This document shows positions 45,859-56,724 of a stretch of DNA of 64,000 nt, one piece after another. A program made the position numbers and the translations under genes. The stretch lies in assembly GCA_016927685.1 (NCBI GenBank), contig JAFGMD010000024.1, forward strand, positions 7,314 to 71,313, written 5' to 3'. The notes beneath the pieces are model-generated. The model did not search any database, was not told where the DNA came from, and saw nothing but the letters and a program-made list of their open reading frames with translations. Numbering within the stretch: position 1 is the first letter of the stretch; every line of letters begins with the position of its first letter. This stretch comes from Candidatus Falkowbacteria bacterium (GTDB lineage Bacteria; Patescibacteriota; Patescibacteriia; CAIXNZ01).

Positions 45859-47223
45859 CTATTTATAGGTTTGATTAATTTTTTGCACTGCCAGAGAGAC
45901 AATTTCATTGGTTTTTAATATGCCCTCTAAATTACCAGATATCATTTCTTCTAAAATTTTATCGCTTGCCTCTGCATCTTTGCCTTTATACCAGCTCCTT
46001 GACGTAAGAATCTGGTCAGCGAATGGTGCTAATTCCAAATCATCTGTCTGTGTAATTATCAAATTTCTTAGAGCTATAGGTAATCGTGATTTTTGCAAAT
46101 ATGTTTTATTCATTTCTTCATTCGTTGTCATAAATATTATAAAATCCCACGCCTCATTTTGATTTTTACTTTTTTTAGATACTGTCTCTGTCCAGTAATT
46201 CGCAAAATTTATTGGCGTACCCACTTGAGGCATTTTCGCAATTTCAAAATTTAATTTTGGAGCACGCGCTTTAATAGTAGAAAGATTATAAGCATAACCA
46301 AAGAAAAAGGCTGTTTTACCGCTCATAAAGCTTTCCAATGAATTTGGCAAATTTTCATTCCAAGTATAAGATTGTGTCGCTGGAGAGGCAAAGCCATTAT
46401 AAAAGTTTAAAGCTTCAGCAGCTGGGGGGAGCTCTCTTTGATAGCCAGTTGGCTTTTGGTTAAATGTTGCATAACCATTAGAATCTGTCATGGGGGTACC
46501 ATTTTGCATCATGAGCAAGCTGATTATATCAGGAGAGCGCGCAACATTAGTGGCCGTTCCAATGGCCGCTCCTGATTGGATAATATTGCCTTTTGAATCT
46601 TGCTTTGTTAATTTAATGACGTCTTCTCTGAATTCATCCCAGTTAGTCGGCGGATTAGAAATACCAGCATTATTCAATAGGTCCCGATTATAATATAAGG
46701 CTAATGTATCAATACTTAACGGTAGGCCGTAAATTTGATCATTAATGACCTGATTATCGTAAATAACATCAGGAAATAGAGCTTTAACATCTCTTAGTGT
46801 TAAAGTTTTTTTTGTGCGCATTTCAGTATAAGTTTCTTTCTTGATGGTACCCTTAGTTACTTGATATGCAATTGTTACAGTCGCTGGTAAGGGAGAGATA
46901 AGACTTTGATATTCCCTCATCCAAGTAGTATTAATTGAAAAAATATCAGGGCCTCTATCTTCTGCTAAAGCACGCACTAATTGTTTTTCGTATTCATCAT
47001 AAGTAAAGTTTCTGTAATTAATAACAATATGCGGATGCTCTTTCTGATAGGCACTTATTAAATCCTGGACATCTGAACTTTCCTCAAATACTTTCCAGTA
47101 TTCAAGAGTAACTGGTTGTGGTTTGCCTAAAGTTAAACCAGCGGGCGGTCCTCCGCATTTGAAGCCACTAGTAACCAATAAAGCAGCTAGTAAGAAAAAA
47201 ATTATTATTTTGGTTGTTTTCAT
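45859..47223 (-). CDS. Extracellular solute-binding protein (sugar ABC transporter SBP family 1-like); likely start at internal Met (MKTTKIII...)
   Basis: Signal peptide after the internal start, ~450-aa periplasmic-binding-protein-like body. No permease or ATPase genes adjacent (orphan SBP). Confidence 0.6.
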   Translation of the reverse strand: MKTTKIIIFFLLAALLVTSGFKCGGPPAGLTLGKPQPVTLEYWKVFEESSDVQDLISAYQKEHPHIVINYRNFTYDEYEKQLVRALAEDRGPDIFSINTTWMREYQSLISPLPATVTIAYQVTKGTIKKETYTEMRTKKTLTLRDVKALFPDVIYDNQVINDQIYGLPLSIDTLALYYNRDLLNNAGISNPPTNWDEFREDVIKLTKQDSKGNIIQSGAAIGTATNVARSPDIISLLMMQNGTPMTDSNGYATFNQKPTGYQRELPPAAEALNFYNGFASPATQSYTWNENLPNSLESFMSGKTAFFFGYAYNLSTIKARAPKLNFEIAKMPQVGTPINFANYWTETVSKKSKNQNEAWDFIIFMTTNEEMNKTYLQKSRLPIALRNLIITQTDDLELAPFADQILTSRSWYKGKDAEASDKILEEMISGNLEGILKTNEIVSLAVQKINQTYK

Positions 47224-47227
47224 ATTT

Positions 47228-48094
47228 TTATTTAAGCTGTTTAAGATATTTTTTAAAGTCAATCGCTAAATCTTTGCGTTGCAGCGCCAAATCAACGTTA
47301 GCTTTAAGCCAGCCGATTTTTGAACCAGCATCATAATATTTGCCATCTACCAGACAGGCATAGATAGGTCTTTTTTTGGATAAATTAAAGATAGCATCAA
47401 CTAACCATAATTCTCCGCCTTGCCCTATTTTTGTGCTAGCCAATGTCTCGAATATATCTGGTGTTAAGATATAGCCTCCTAATACGCCAATGCGACTCGG
47501 TGCTTTTTCCGGCCCGGGTTTTTCTACTAGTTTTTTTATTTGATAAATATTTTTTTCTATTTTTACGCCATCAATCACGCCATACTTTTTAGTCCCCTCA
47601 TCATCAATGGCCATGGCAGTTAGAACAGGATCGCCATATTTATAATAAACATCCATTAGCTGTTTTAATCTGTTTTTTTTGGGACTGATAAAAAATTCAT
47701 CTCCCCAGATAACAGCAAATGGTTCGTTGCCAATTACTTTTGCGGCATTAAGCACTGGTGTGCCATTGCCATAAGGCCCCTTTTGTCTAATATAAATAAA
47801 ATTTGCCAAATCTGCTATTTTTTTTATTTCCTGCCGCAATCCTTCCTTACCTTGTTTTTTTAACCAATTTTGTAATTCATAATTATAATCAAAGTGATCT
47901 TCAATAGCCCTTTTTGATGCCCCGGTTACCAGAATAATATCCTCTATGCCCGATTCAACCGCCTCCTCTACGATATATTGTATAACAGGCTTATCAATAA
48001 TTGGCAGCATTTCTTTTGGCATGGCTTTGGTAGCCGGTAAAAAACGAGTGCCAAAGCCTGCTACTGGGATAACTGCTTTTTTAATTTTTGACAT
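47228..48094 (-). CDS. galU: UTP--glucose-1-phosphate uridylyltransferase
   Basis: MSKIKKAVIPVAGFGTRFLPATKAMPKEMLPIIDKPVIQYIVEEAVESGIEDIILVTG; probable start at the internal Met (ORF-track start 48178 is likely too long). Confidence 0.85.
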   Translation of the reverse strand: MSKIKKAVIPVAGFGTRFLPATKAMPKEMLPIIDKPVIQYIVEEAVESGIEDIILVTGASKRAIEDHFDYNYELQNWLKKQGKEGLRQEIKKIADLANFIYIRQKGPYGNGTPVLNAAKVIGNEPFAVIWGDEFFISPKKNRLKQLMDVYYKYGDPVLTAMAIDDEGTKKYGVIDGVKIEKNIYQIKKLVEKPGPEKAPSRIGVLGGYILTPDIFETLASTKIGQGGELWLVDAIFNLSKKRPIYACLVDGKYYDAGSKIGWLKANVDLALQRKDLAIDFKKYLKQLK

Positions 48095-48219
48095 ATCAAA
48101 AATAACTAAAAATAGGTATTTCTTTAATTTAATAATATCACAAAATAAGCCAAAATAAAACAAATTTACCCCAAGCATTTATCTTGGGGTAAATTTTATT
48201 TAAATATGGAGCTTTGTTG

Positions 48220-50487
48220 TTATTTTTTAGTGACTTCAGTATTTAAGGTCAAATTGCCCGTGCTTCCCAAATAAATCTGTGTTTTGCCGTCATAAAGCTT
48301 GAAAACTTGCGGATAAGTATTAGCTTTCCAGTAGGCTTGAAGTTTGAAAGTAAAGGTAATTTTTTCGCCAGGTTTTACCTCTTTTTTGTATTGTTTTACT
48401 GTTTTATTATTTAGCCAGGTCCAATCTTTAAACCAGGAATTTGTGCCATCAATGTCATAGCTTCTAATAGTTGGCAATTTCCATGTTTTTGTGCCAGTAT
48501 TTTCGAAGGTCAGCGTGACAGTTTTTCTGGTATTTCTGACCATGGATTCTGGTATGGTATTTTCTTTTATTTCAGCTAAATATGGCGAAATAACTTGTAT
48601 TGTTTTGTTGAATTTATGCAGTTCTTGTTCGTTATAAATCAAAGAAAAACTATAATCATATGCGCCTATATTTTTTCTGGCCTTAAGATTAAATTCAAAA
48701 GCGACTGATCCGTCTGGTTTAATAGTATCTTTAGCTTCAAAAATAGTAATTTCATTTTCAGCATTAATTACTTTTAATTTTAATTTTTCTGGCATCCAAG
48801 CATAGCCGCTAGTATTTTTAAATTGTATTTTAACTTTTTGGCTTTCAGAAATTCCGACTTTTTCACTAAAAATCAGATCAAATAATTCTGCGGGCGCGTG
48901 CTTAGTGTTTTCCTCTACCTGATTACAGCTAGTGCAGGGAATTTTATTAATAGCAATGGAAAATTCAGTATTGGGGAAATAGCCCTTATCTGACCAAGCA
49001 AGGATAAATTTTTTTGTTTCTTTTGCAGTGCTTGGTGGCGGGTTTAAAGCTAATTTAAATTGACCTATTTGCCCCGGATATACATTGCCGCCAACCAATT
49101 TATAAATCATTAAGTTATCCGTTGCCAAATTATCCTTACCGTCGCTTTCCAGGGCTATTTTTAAAGAATCTATTTTACTTAATTTATTTTTAATAATTTC
49201 ATCTGTCACATAAAGATAATTATCTTCATAGCCGCGCCAGGTTTCTTCGCCAGTATTTTTAAATTCAGCAGTTGCCACGGCAGTTTTTGTTTCTTCAATA
49301 TTTATTTCAGTCGTACTTTGTCTAACAAATTCTGCGGCGGTGGGCAATATTTTTTTATAACCGCCTAATTCCTGCAATAAGTTATAAGATAGCTGGCGTA
49401 TTTGCGGAAGCATATTATATATAATTGTTCCCGGACAATTGGTTTGGCTTAAATCTCTGTGGCCTAATATATTTGGCATCATTCTGCCTTGATATTCGCT
49501 TTGTCCCATTGGATCAATATTAAATTCTCTAGATTTTTCAGCGATTAGTTTGTTTAATGCAATTTTTGCCGCCTCTGTTAAATGATCAGGCGTATTGCAG
49601 CTAGAGTTTTTAGCATCATTCTTTGTCTCATAGCAGCCCAAAATAGCAATGCCAATTGAATTGCGATTATTCATGTAAGCATGACCGCCAACTACGCCAT
49701 CGCCGCCAAATCTGCCCTCATAAATATTCCCCTTAGAATCAATTATATAATTATAGCCAATATCGCCCCAGCCCTTAATTTTTGAATGCCAATAAAAAAT
49801 TGCTCTTATTGCAGATTCAATATTTGTATCGGGGTTTTCGCCAGCAGTATGATGTATAACAAATCTTTTGGGAGTGTAATATTCTTCTTGCCAAAGCGGT
49901 AATCCCAAGGCATCATAACGATAAGATTCTTCTGCTCCCCAATTTTTTCTAGCAATAATTTGGAAATTATTTTGTTCCAGGCTTGCTCTAAAATTATTAG
50001 AAGGGCCTTTAGTGGTGTCTAAATAGGCAAATTCCAATTTTTCTAAATTATTTTTATCTATATCATTAGCAAAAGAAATTCTATATTGGAATGTATCGGT
50101 CAGTTTCGTAGAGAGCATTTGGCTTTCTGTAATTATGCCGCCATCTTTCCCATTAGCATCATCATTTAATTCAACTTTTATCCATTCTGACCAGCTTTCG
50201 TTTAAAAAGCGGACAGCTACATCTGGAACACGATCAATATCTTTTACCTGCCATGTCGCAAATAAAGCATTAAAGGGGAAATCAGCACGCATAATAGGGG
50301 ATATTGTTTCATTATGGCTAGTGTTTGTAGCAATAAAAAAAGAGCCATTTTTGTTAGGATTATCTATAAAAATATGGCCCTCTTTAATATTTGAGGTTGA
50401 TTCTGCATTAACTAAGACAAAAGTTAGGGTTATTGAACAAAAAATAACTAAAATTAATACAAATTTTGACTTTAATGTAAATTTCAT
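48220..50487 (-). CDS. Large secreted N-acetylmuramoyl-L-alanine amidase (Amidase_2/PGRP domain) with C-terminal beta-sandwich repeats
   Basis: Signal peptide; HHTAGENPD...GWGDIGYNYIID..G.IYEGR...GGHAY..NNRNSIGIAILG (Amidase_2 zinc-binding pattern); ~350-aa repeat-like C-terminal region. Confidence 0.65.
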   Translation of the reverse strand: MKFTLKSKFVLILVIFCSITLTFVLVNAESTSNIKEGHIFIDNPNKNGSFFIATNTSHNETISPIMRADFPFNALFATWQVKDIDRVPDVAVRFLNESWSEWIKVELNDDANGKDGGIITESQMLSTKLTDTFQYRISFANDIDKNNLEKLEFAYLDTTKGPSNNFRASLEQNNFQIIARKNWGAEESYRYDALGLPLWQEEYYTPKRFVIHHTAGENPDTNIESAIRAIFYWHSKIKGWGDIGYNYIIDSKGNIYEGRFGGDGVVGGHAYMNNRNSIGIAILGCYETKNDAKNSSCNTPDHLTEAAKIALNKLIAEKSREFNIDPMGQSEYQGRMMPNILGHRDLSQTNCPGTIIYNMLPQIRQLSYNLLQELGGYKKILPTAAEFVRQSTTEINIEETKTAVATAEFKNTGEETWRGYEDNYLYVTDEIIKNKLSKIDSLKIALESDGKDNLATDNLMIYKLVGGNVYPGQIGQFKLALNPPPSTAKETKKFILAWSDKGYFPNTEFSIAINKIPCTSCNQVEENTKHAPAELFDLIFSEKVGISESQKVKIQFKNTSGYAWMPEKLKLKVINAENEITIFEAKDTIKPDGSVAFEFNLKARKNIGAYDYSFSLIYNEQELHKFNKTIQVISPYLAEIKENTIPESMVRNTRKTVTLTFENTGTKTWKLPTIRSYDIDGTNSWFKDWTWLNNKTVKQYKKEVKPGEKITFTFKLQAYWKANTYPQVFKLYDGKTQIYLGSTGNLTLNTEVTKK

Positions 50488-50555
50488 TTTTGTTTTTATT
50501 TTAAGAATTTAGCTAATTTTAGCTTAATTCTATATTCATTATAGCATATTTTTTT

Positions 50556-50614
50556 GGCTTTGTAAAGAACATTAATTAAAAAAATGGCTAATTAAAGCCA
50601 TTTTTTATTAATAT
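50556..50614. terminator. Bidirectional terminator
   Basis: Palindrome aaaaaaatggctaattaaagccatttttta. Confidence 0.5.
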
Positions 50615-52069
50615 TTATAATGAATTATCAATTGAGGGTAATTCTGGTCTTGCTTTAGTTCGCAAAATTTCCTGGACGAATTCTCTTGAAAACCCCTTGA
50701 ATAAATATATAAATATTAAATATATAATACTAGCTAAGATAATTTGTAAAATTACATTAAGATTAGCCAAAAAATACAAGCCTAAACACATAAATGCTGA
50801 AGCTAGAATTGTTTTAGGAATAATGGCTAAATTTGGCCAAAATTTAATAGTTTTTACAGTAACAATTAGGTTAAAAATAAGAATCATTGCTTCAGAAATT
50901 ACTGTAAATACCGCAGCGCCATAATAGCCATATTTTGGTATGGTAATTAAATATCCAATCAGGGAAATTAGCGCAACAAAAACATATGCCCACACCATCT
51001 TTCTTTGTTTGTCTAAAGTTACAATAGTATAGCCAAAGAGCGAATTTATAAAAATAATGCCCGTGGCTACAATAATTATTTTTAAGACATCGCCTGAAGC
51101 TGAAAATTCAGACCCAGCAATTAAAAGCATTAATTTTTTAGCAACAAAAAGCGTGCCAAAAACCATTGGTAAGCTAATTATAAGTAAAATATCAAATGTT
51201 TTTTGAAAAATATCTTTAAAACGATCATAATTTTTTTCTATCCAAGCTGCGGTTAAAATAGGGAAAATAATTCCCACAAATAAATAGATAAAGTTTACTA
51301 AAATTTCCAAGACACGATATGGCGCATTATATATTCCAACCTCTGCCTGAGATCTTGTTAAAGATAAAATCAAAGTATCGGCTTTAAAGTAAACTAAATT
51401 TAGAGCAATAGATAGGGCTAGTGGCCAAGTGATATAAAATATTTTTTTCCAAATCTGCCAATCAAAGGCAAATTTTATTTTTACAAATTTTAAAGCAAAA
51501 AGATAATTCAAAATAAAATTTGTCAAACTGCCCAATACAACTGCCCAGACAATAGCTATCAAACCTTTGTCAGCAAAAGCAAAATAAGCGACTAAAAATA
51601 AAAGTATTAATCGTCCCGCAACTTCTGAAATAGCCACGCCATTTAATTTTAATTCTTTTTGAAATAAACTAATTAGAATTTGATTAAGCGAGGAAATAAA
51701 AAATGATAAAGAAGCAATGGCAATGCCAAACTTTACTATATTGCTATAAGGGAAAAAAATAACAACAAGTGGCGCCAGTCCTAAAAAAATTAAAGCGCTA
51801 AAAAATCTGAAAGTAAAAATATTATTCATGGCTCTCCCTTTTTCCAATGAGGGATCAGAAATCAATTTTATTACAGTCAGAGATAATCCCATGTCTACTA
51901 AAATGGCAAACAGCTGAAGATAGGCCATAATAGTAGAATATTGTCCAAAGCCTATTTGACCAAGATAACGAGTCATTATGGCAATGGTCAGCACGCCAAT
52001 TAGCGTACCCAAAATTTTGCCGATAAATTGGATTATTGTATTGTAGGCAATTTTTCTTGTTAGTGACAT
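50615..52069 (-). CDS. Oligosaccharide/polysaccharide flippase (Wzx/MOP-superfamily polysaccharide biosynthesis protein)
   Basis: 14 TM helices; N-terminal KIAYNTIIQFIGKILGTLIGVLTIAIMTRYLGQIGFGQYS typical of Wzx/PST-family proteins. Confidence 0.75.
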   Translation of the reverse strand: MSLTRKIAYNTIIQFIGKILGTLIGVLTIAIMTRYLGQIGFGQYSTIMAYLQLFAILVDMGLSLTVIKLISDPSLEKGRAMNNIFTFRFFSALIFLGLAPLVVIFFPYSNIVKFGIAIASLSFFISSLNQILISLFQKELKLNGVAISEVAGRLILLFLVAYFAFADKGLIAIVWAVVLGSLTNFILNYLFALKFVKIKFAFDWQIWKKIFYITWPLALSIALNLVYFKADTLILSLTRSQAEVGIYNAPYRVLEILVNFIYLFVGIIFPILTAAWIEKNYDRFKDIFQKTFDILLIISLPMVFGTLFVAKKLMLLIAGSEFSASGDVLKIIIVATGIIFINSLFGYTIVTLDKQRKMVWAYVFVALISLIGYLITIPKYGYYGAAVFTVISEAMILIFNLIVTVKTIKFWPNLAIIPKTILASAFMCLGLYFLANLNVILQIILASIIYLIFIYLFKGFSREFVQEILRTKARPELPSIDNSL

Positions 52070-52280
52070 ATATTTAATTTAATGATACTAAAAAAGTCAA
52101 TTATCGTCTAGGTTTTGTGCTATTTTTCAGTAACAAAAATTTTAAAGCATTGAGCAATTTTTACTTGAAAATACTGGGATTTTGATGAACACAAAAATTA
52201 TACAAAGAGTCCAAATTCATTGACCCAAAATGAAAAAAATGCTATAATAGATATATAAAATAAAAATAAAAACAAATATT

Positions 52281-54089
52281 ATGAAAGCCACTTATAACAC
52301 ATATTTCGGCTGGAAATATTGCAAGCAAAAAGAATTAGCTATGAGCAGAAAAAAGTCATATTGGGATTTTTTTCTAAGTATTGTCATAGCTTTTTTTATT
52401 ATATTATTAATTTCTCATCTTTTAGCCAAACTAGATTCAATAATTAAGCTGACATCAATTAATCCGTTTGGGATTAGTATAGCCAATGCGGCCTCTAGCC
52501 ATTCTATTAGTGATGGCGATTTAATAAAATGCTCCGGCTCAACTGCTGTCTATCTAGTTAAAGATAACAACAGATATTCATTTCCATTCAAAAAGGTATA
52601 TGAAGCTTATTATGGCAATGATTTTTCAAAAGTTAAAACAGTATCGCTAGCGACTTTATCAAGTTTATCTTTGAAGGGCAATGTTAAGCTGCCCGAAAAT
52701 ACTTTAGTAAAGATTGCCACAGATCCTAAAGTTTATAAAGTTGTTAGCATAAACAATTCAAAATATTTGGAGTGGATAAAAACAGAAGCAGAGGCAAAAT
52801 CGCAATTTGGTTCTAATTGGGCAAAAAGTATTATTGATATTCCAGATGTATTTTTTGTTGATTATCAGACAGTAACAGTGCAAGCCAGCCAGCCAATCAA
52901 CACTTCTAAGCCAGCAGGTTTGATAGAAATTTGCATGAGCATTAAACCAAGTGAACAAATAACACCGGCACAAAAAATGCTTTTAGAGCAATGCGAAAAA
53001 ATGGGCGCTAAAGTTACGGACGAGGGAGTGGCTTTTGTAAATGAACCAATGATTCCGCAATCAGTCACATATAATAATGAGCCAATAGAACAAGATACAA
53101 CACCGACAAATTCTGGCAATAATTCCAATTCAGATTCCAATAATTCTTCAAATACCTCGCCAACGCCAACTAATAATAATTCTACAAATCCCGAAAGCAA
53201 TACTATTAATCCGGCTTATGGGCCCTTAATTCGTGTAGGATTATTTTCATCTACCGAAACTCAAACTATAAAAGCAAATACCAGCTTTAAGATTAAAGAT
53301 GCTAATGGGGCTGTGTTAGCTTCAGTGCCTTTAAACGCTTTAGCAACTGCCAGTTTTAATTTTACTAATAAAACATATTCTTTCGCAGCCAATGGTACAA
53401 GCATATCAACAAGTTCATATTTACGCTTTGTAGGAGATTCAAATAATACAGTTTTTGAAATAGTTAATTTAGAATGGAGACCAGCCTGGAACACAAGCTT
53501 AAATGATAATAAGTTTTTGGGCGTTTTAGAATTAAGATACAGCCCAACTACTAATAAGCTTTGGATGATTAATGAACTGCAATTAGAATATTATTTAAAG
53601 GGTTTGGCCGAAACCTCCAACAGTTCCCCGATGGAATATCAGAAAGCTTTGATTACTGCCGCCAGAACATATGCCATGTATCATTATAATCGCGGAACAA
53701 AGCATGCGGCTGAATATTATACTTTGGATGCAACATATGACCAGGTTTATAAAGGTTATAATTCGCAATTGCGTTTGCCTAAAGTTTCCGAAGCAGTAGA
53801 GGCAACAAAAGGCCAAGTTGTAACATATCAAGGCAATGTTGTTGTTACGCCTTATTTCTCGCATTCTGATGGTTATACCAGAAACTATGAAGATGTTTGG
53901 GGAGGCAAAATAGTGCCTTGGTGCCGTTCTGTAAAAGAACCTAATGGCTATACTAAAACTACTTTATATGGGCATGGCGTTGGCTTGTCAGCTTATGGTG
54001 CGATTCTTTTGGCTAACGATTATAATTATAATTTTGAACAGATATTAAAGTATTATTATACTGGCATAGAACTTAAAAAAATATATTAA
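52281..54089 (+). CDS. SpoIID/LytB-domain protein (peptidoglycan-lytic/amidase-enhancer family) with an N-terminal TM and a low-complexity Asn/Ser/Thr linker
   Basis: C-terminal ...EYQKALITAARTYAMYHY... matches the conserved SpoIID block; real start may be the internal Met (MSRKK, ~52341). Confidence 0.65.
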   Translation: MKATYNTYFGWKYCKQKELAMSRKKSYWDFFLSIVIAFFIILLISHLLAKLDSIIKLTSINPFGISIANAASSHSISDGDLIKCSGSTAVYLVKDNNRYSFPFKKVYEAYYGNDFSKVKTVSLATLSSLSLKGNVKLPENTLVKIATDPKVYKVVSINNSKYLEWIKTEAEAKSQFGSNWAKSIIDIPDVFFVDYQTVTVQASQPINTSKPAGLIEICMSIKPSEQITPAQKMLLEQCEKMGAKVTDEGVAFVNEPMIPQSVTYNNEPIEQDTTPTNSGNNSNSDSNNSSNTSPTPTNNNSTNPESNTINPAYGPLIRVGLFSSTETQTIKANTSFKIKDANGAVLASVPLNALATASFNFTNKTYSFAANGTSISTSSYLRFVGDSNNTVFEIVNLEWRPAWNTSLNDNKFLGVLELRYSPTTNKLWMINELQLEYYLKGLAETSNSSPMEYQKALITAARTYAMYHYNRGTKHAAEYYTLDATYDQVYKGYNSQLRLPKVSEAVEATKGQVVTYQGNVVVTPYFSHSDGYTRNYEDVWGGKIVPWCRSVKEPNGYTKTTLYGHGVGLSAYGAILLANDYNYNFEQILKYYYTGIELKKIY

Positions 54090-54100
54090 ATTTTTGAAAC

Positions 54101-54133
54101 AAAAAAGCTCCCCGTGCTAAGGGGAGCTTTTTT
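54101..54133. terminator. Bidirectional intrinsic terminator
   Basis: aaaaaagctcccc gtgctaa ggggagctttttt. Confidence 0.8.
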
Positions 54134-54136
54134 ATG

Positions 54137-54715
54137 TTATTCCATTGAATTTTGTGGTCTTATTTTTTCCATAAGTTCATGCTCTTCATTTTTTTGAAAT
54201 TTTTTAATTTCCTCATTGATTATCCTTACGACATTAAAGGGATCATTCACTTGCCTAAAAATAAAACGCTGAATTTCACCAGCAGTTTGCACATGGACAT
54301 CGCCGTAAGAAAAAAGAGTTTGCCAAAATCCTTTTTGAATTGCCGTGACATCTTGGATGCGTTCTAGGGTATGCTCGGCGATTTCTCTGTTAAATAGTCC
54401 TCGTTGTTCAATATTTATTATCCTGTGGTCAGTTACAATCCAGACGTCAAGATAATAATCAATAAAAGCATTTAAAAAGAATAGCAGGGTAAAAAGATAG
54501 TAAAGACTAGACAGCAAGAATAAAAATGCATAATAAATATTATTATCTAATACCTCTGGTTCAAAATAAGAAAGAAAAAGATAAAGTGCCAGGGGAACAA
54601 AAGCAATAACTATAATAACTAGCCACTTGATAATTAAAATTATCCAGTGCCTCCTTAAAAATAATACCAATTTTTCATCCTTTTCCCTATTAGGGATATG
54701 TTTTTCTATATACAT
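54137..54715 (-). CDS. Membrane protein with a bacterial PH-like domain (DUF304/bPH_2, YdbS/YdbT-like)
   Basis: Two N-terminal TM helices followed by a ~100-aa domain; family guess based on architecture and moderate motif similarity. Confidence 0.5.
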   Translation of the reverse strand: MYIEKHIPNREKDEKLVLFLRRHWIILIIKWLVIIVIAFVPLALYLFLSYFEPEVLDNNIYYAFLFLLSSLYYLFTLLFFLNAFIDYYLDVWIVTDHRIINIEQRGLFNREIAEHTLERIQDVTAIQKGFWQTLFSYGDVHVQTAGEIQRFIFRQVNDPFNVVRIINEEIKKFQKNEEHELMEKIRPQNSME

Positions 54716-54719
54716 AAAT

Positions 54720-54944
54720 TTAAATGACTAATGTGGCACTCCAGTCAATTAGTTGGCCGTAGGTATAGGTAATAAAAAGTAATAGAATTGTTATGGCTAA
54801 AAATAAGAAAGTAACAAAAAAACTGGAAAAACTTAAAAAGCCGTAAGCAAAAAGATGATAAAGGTTAAAAATGGCGAAAACGATAAATATACCCACGCCA
54901 AGACCGTAAATAATTAATAAGGTGTATAAAGATATTTCTATCAT
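54720..54944 (-). CDS. Small two-TM membrane protein (hypothetical)
   Basis: 74 aa, hydrophobic throughout; co-directional with and immediately downstream of ruvB. Confidence 0.4.
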   Translation of the reverse strand: MIEISLYTLLIIYGLGVGIFIVFAIFNLYHLFAYGFLSFSSFFVTFLFLAITILLLFITYTYGQLIDWSATLVI

Positions 54945-54950
54945 ATATAT

Positions 54951-55988
54951 TTATAATAAACTATTTTGCTCTTTATCCAAAATTGGTTTAAAGCCCAGAT
55001 GTTCAAATGCTAGTTTGGTCGCGGTTCTGCCCCGAGGAGTTCGATGTAAAAATCCCAATTGCATTAAAAACGGTTCATAAATATCTTCTAATGTATCCAT
55101 TTCTTCGTTAGTTGCCGCTGCTAAAGTGTTTAAGCCGACTGGGCCTCCGGAAAATTTTTCAATAATTGTTTTTAATATCTTGCGATCAACTTCATCAAGG
55201 CCTAATTCATCGATTTCTAATAGTTTTAAGGCATTTAATGCTAAATTTTCTGTAATTTTCCCATCAGCTTTAACTTGGGCAAAATCGCGTACGCGTTTGA
55301 GTAGACGATTAGCCACGCGCGGGGTTCTGCGTGCTCGCTCAGCAACTAAAGAGCTGGCCATTGCTTCAATTTCAATCCTTAATATCTTAGCAGAGCGGTC
55401 AATTATTTTTTGTATATCTTCGTCTTCGTAAAAATCTAGTTTATACTGGGCGCCAAAACGGTCGCGTAAAGGAGCAGAAATTAAACTGACTCTGGTTGTG
55501 GCGCCGATTAAGGTAAATTTAGGAAGATCTAATCTTAAAGTTCTGGCACTGGGCCCTTTGCCAATTATTATATCAAGCGAATAGTCTTCCATGGCAGGGT
55601 AGAGTATCTCTTCAATGGTTTTATTTAAACGATGGATTTCATCAATAAATAAGATATCGCCTTTTTCCAAATTAGTTAAAATAGCAGCCAGGTCACCGGT
55701 TTTTTCAATAGCTGGTCCAGAAGTGATCCTAATATTCGAGCCCATTTCATTGGCAATAATATGAGCTAATGTTGTTTTACCTAAACCAGGACAGCCATGA
55801 ATTAAAACATGCTCAATGGGCTCACCGCGCTTTTTAGCGGCCTGCAAAAAAATATTAAGGTTGTCCTTGACCTTATTTTGCCCGATGTATTCATTTAACT
55901 TTTTGGGGCGCAGATTCTTTTCAAAAGCGACTTCTTCAGCGCTTTCTTTAGAGGAGACTATGCGGTTTTTATCTTGTTTTTTGGACAT
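54951..55988 (-). CDS. ruvB: Holliday junction branch-migration helicase RuvB
   Basis: Walker [20 protein letters not shown], Walker [11 protein letters not shown], sensor 2 and a winged-helix C-terminus. Confidence 0.9.
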   Translation of the reverse strand: MSKKQDKNRIVSSKESAEEVAFEKNLRPKKLNEYIGQNKVKDNLNIFLQAAKKRGEPIEHVLIHGCPGLGKTTLAHIIANEMGSNIRITSGPAIEKTGDLAAILTNLEKGDILFIDEIHRLNKTIEEILYPAMEDYSLDIIIGKGPSARTLRLDLPKFTLIGATTRVSLISAPLRDRFGAQYKLDFYEDEDIQKIIDRSAKILRIEIEAMASSLVAERARRTPRVANRLLKRVRDFAQVKADGKITENLALNALKLLEIDELGLDEVDRKILKTIIEKFSGGPVGLNTLAAATNEEMDTLEDIYEPFLMQLGFLHRTPRGRTATKLAFEHLGFKPILDKEQNSLL

Positions 55989-55990
55989 AA

Positions 55991-56050
55991 TTAGCGTTAT
56001 AGAATTATAGCGTTATAGAATTATAGTACTATAATGCTATAAATCTATAA
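55991..56050 (-). promoter_or_regulatory. Palindrome-containing element upstream of ruvB (same as at 2950-3005)
   Basis: TTATAGTACTATAA at 56021-56034 flanked by repeated AGCGTTATAGAATTATAG units. No SD before the ruvB ATG. Confidence 0.5.
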
Positions 56051-56151
56051 TCTAAAATCTATTTCAATCTTAGCTTTTTTGAGCTAAAAAGACAAGGCAA
56101 ATAAAAAACCCATAGACATAGATCTATGGGTTCACACTAGATTATCGACAT

Positions 56152-56358
56152 TCAATCGGAAAGGGCAAGCAAGATCTTGCGCCGCAGATAAGGATCGCTG
56201 CTGTTATTCATTGCATCAACAAGTTGCTGTAGTATTTGGCCTTCTTTTGCAGCTTCATTGATTTTCTGTCTTTCAGTTTTTTCAATAAGCGATGCGCCGG
56301 CTTCACTGTTTAAGTCACCACCCTTAGCAACAAATTCGACGATAGGGTTATTTGACAT
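56152..56358 (-). CDS. Hypothetical small soluble protein (68 aa), GC-richer than the flanks
   Basis: Strong RBS gaaaggaggaaag; GNRA-type terminators on both sides. Confidence 0.5.
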   Translation of the reverse strand: MSNNPIVEFVAKGGDLNSEAGASLIEKTERQKINEAAKEGQILQQLVDAMNNSSDPYLRRKILLALSD

Positions 56359-56419
56359 CTTTCCTCCTTTCTCAAGATTTATAATTGTAGCTTAATAATA
56401 AAAGTTTGTCAAGAATTTT

Positions 56420-56455
56420 AATACAAAAAGGCCCTCTTGCGAGAGCCCTTAATCG
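56420..56455 (-). terminator. Intrinsic terminator with GCAA tetraloop (near-duplicate of 58990-59030)
   Basis: Minus-strand RNA ggcucucGCAAgagggcc + UUUUUGUAUU. Confidence 0.6.
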
Positions 56456-56470
56456 TATAAGATAGACTTA

Positions 56471-56665
56471 TCATTTTAAAAAATCTAGTAAATAGCATAG
56501 CACTAGAGCAAATGATAATGTCGCAAGAAATAACATTATAATGAGAATGTCTAAGCCAGGTAGATCTTCGAGTATGGCCTTAAAGATTTCATTTGCGGTG
56601 AAAAGGAGTAAACATAAAATAATTGAAAGCACTATAATAGCCACTACTATTGTTGTCATATACAT
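56471..56665 (-). CDS. Small two-TM membrane peptide (64 aa)
   Basis: RBS aaaggagg; upstream leader carries AAATCGGTTTGTAA (56708-56722). Confidence 0.5.
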   Translation of the reverse strand: MYMTTIVVAIIVLSIILCLLLFTANEIFKAILEDLPGLDILIIMLFLATLSFALVLCYLLDFLK

Positions 56666-56724
56666 TCTTTCCTCCTTTGGCTGTTTTGCGCCTATTCAAT
56701 AATCAAAGTTACAAACCGATTTTT

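Noticed and set aside
47228-48178. Long N-terminal extension of galU (ORF-track start 48178) overlapping the previous gene region
   Set aside because: The conserved GalU N-terminus (MSKIKKAVIPVAGFGTRFLP) starts at the internal Met, and the hydrophobic 28-aa extension is probably not translated.
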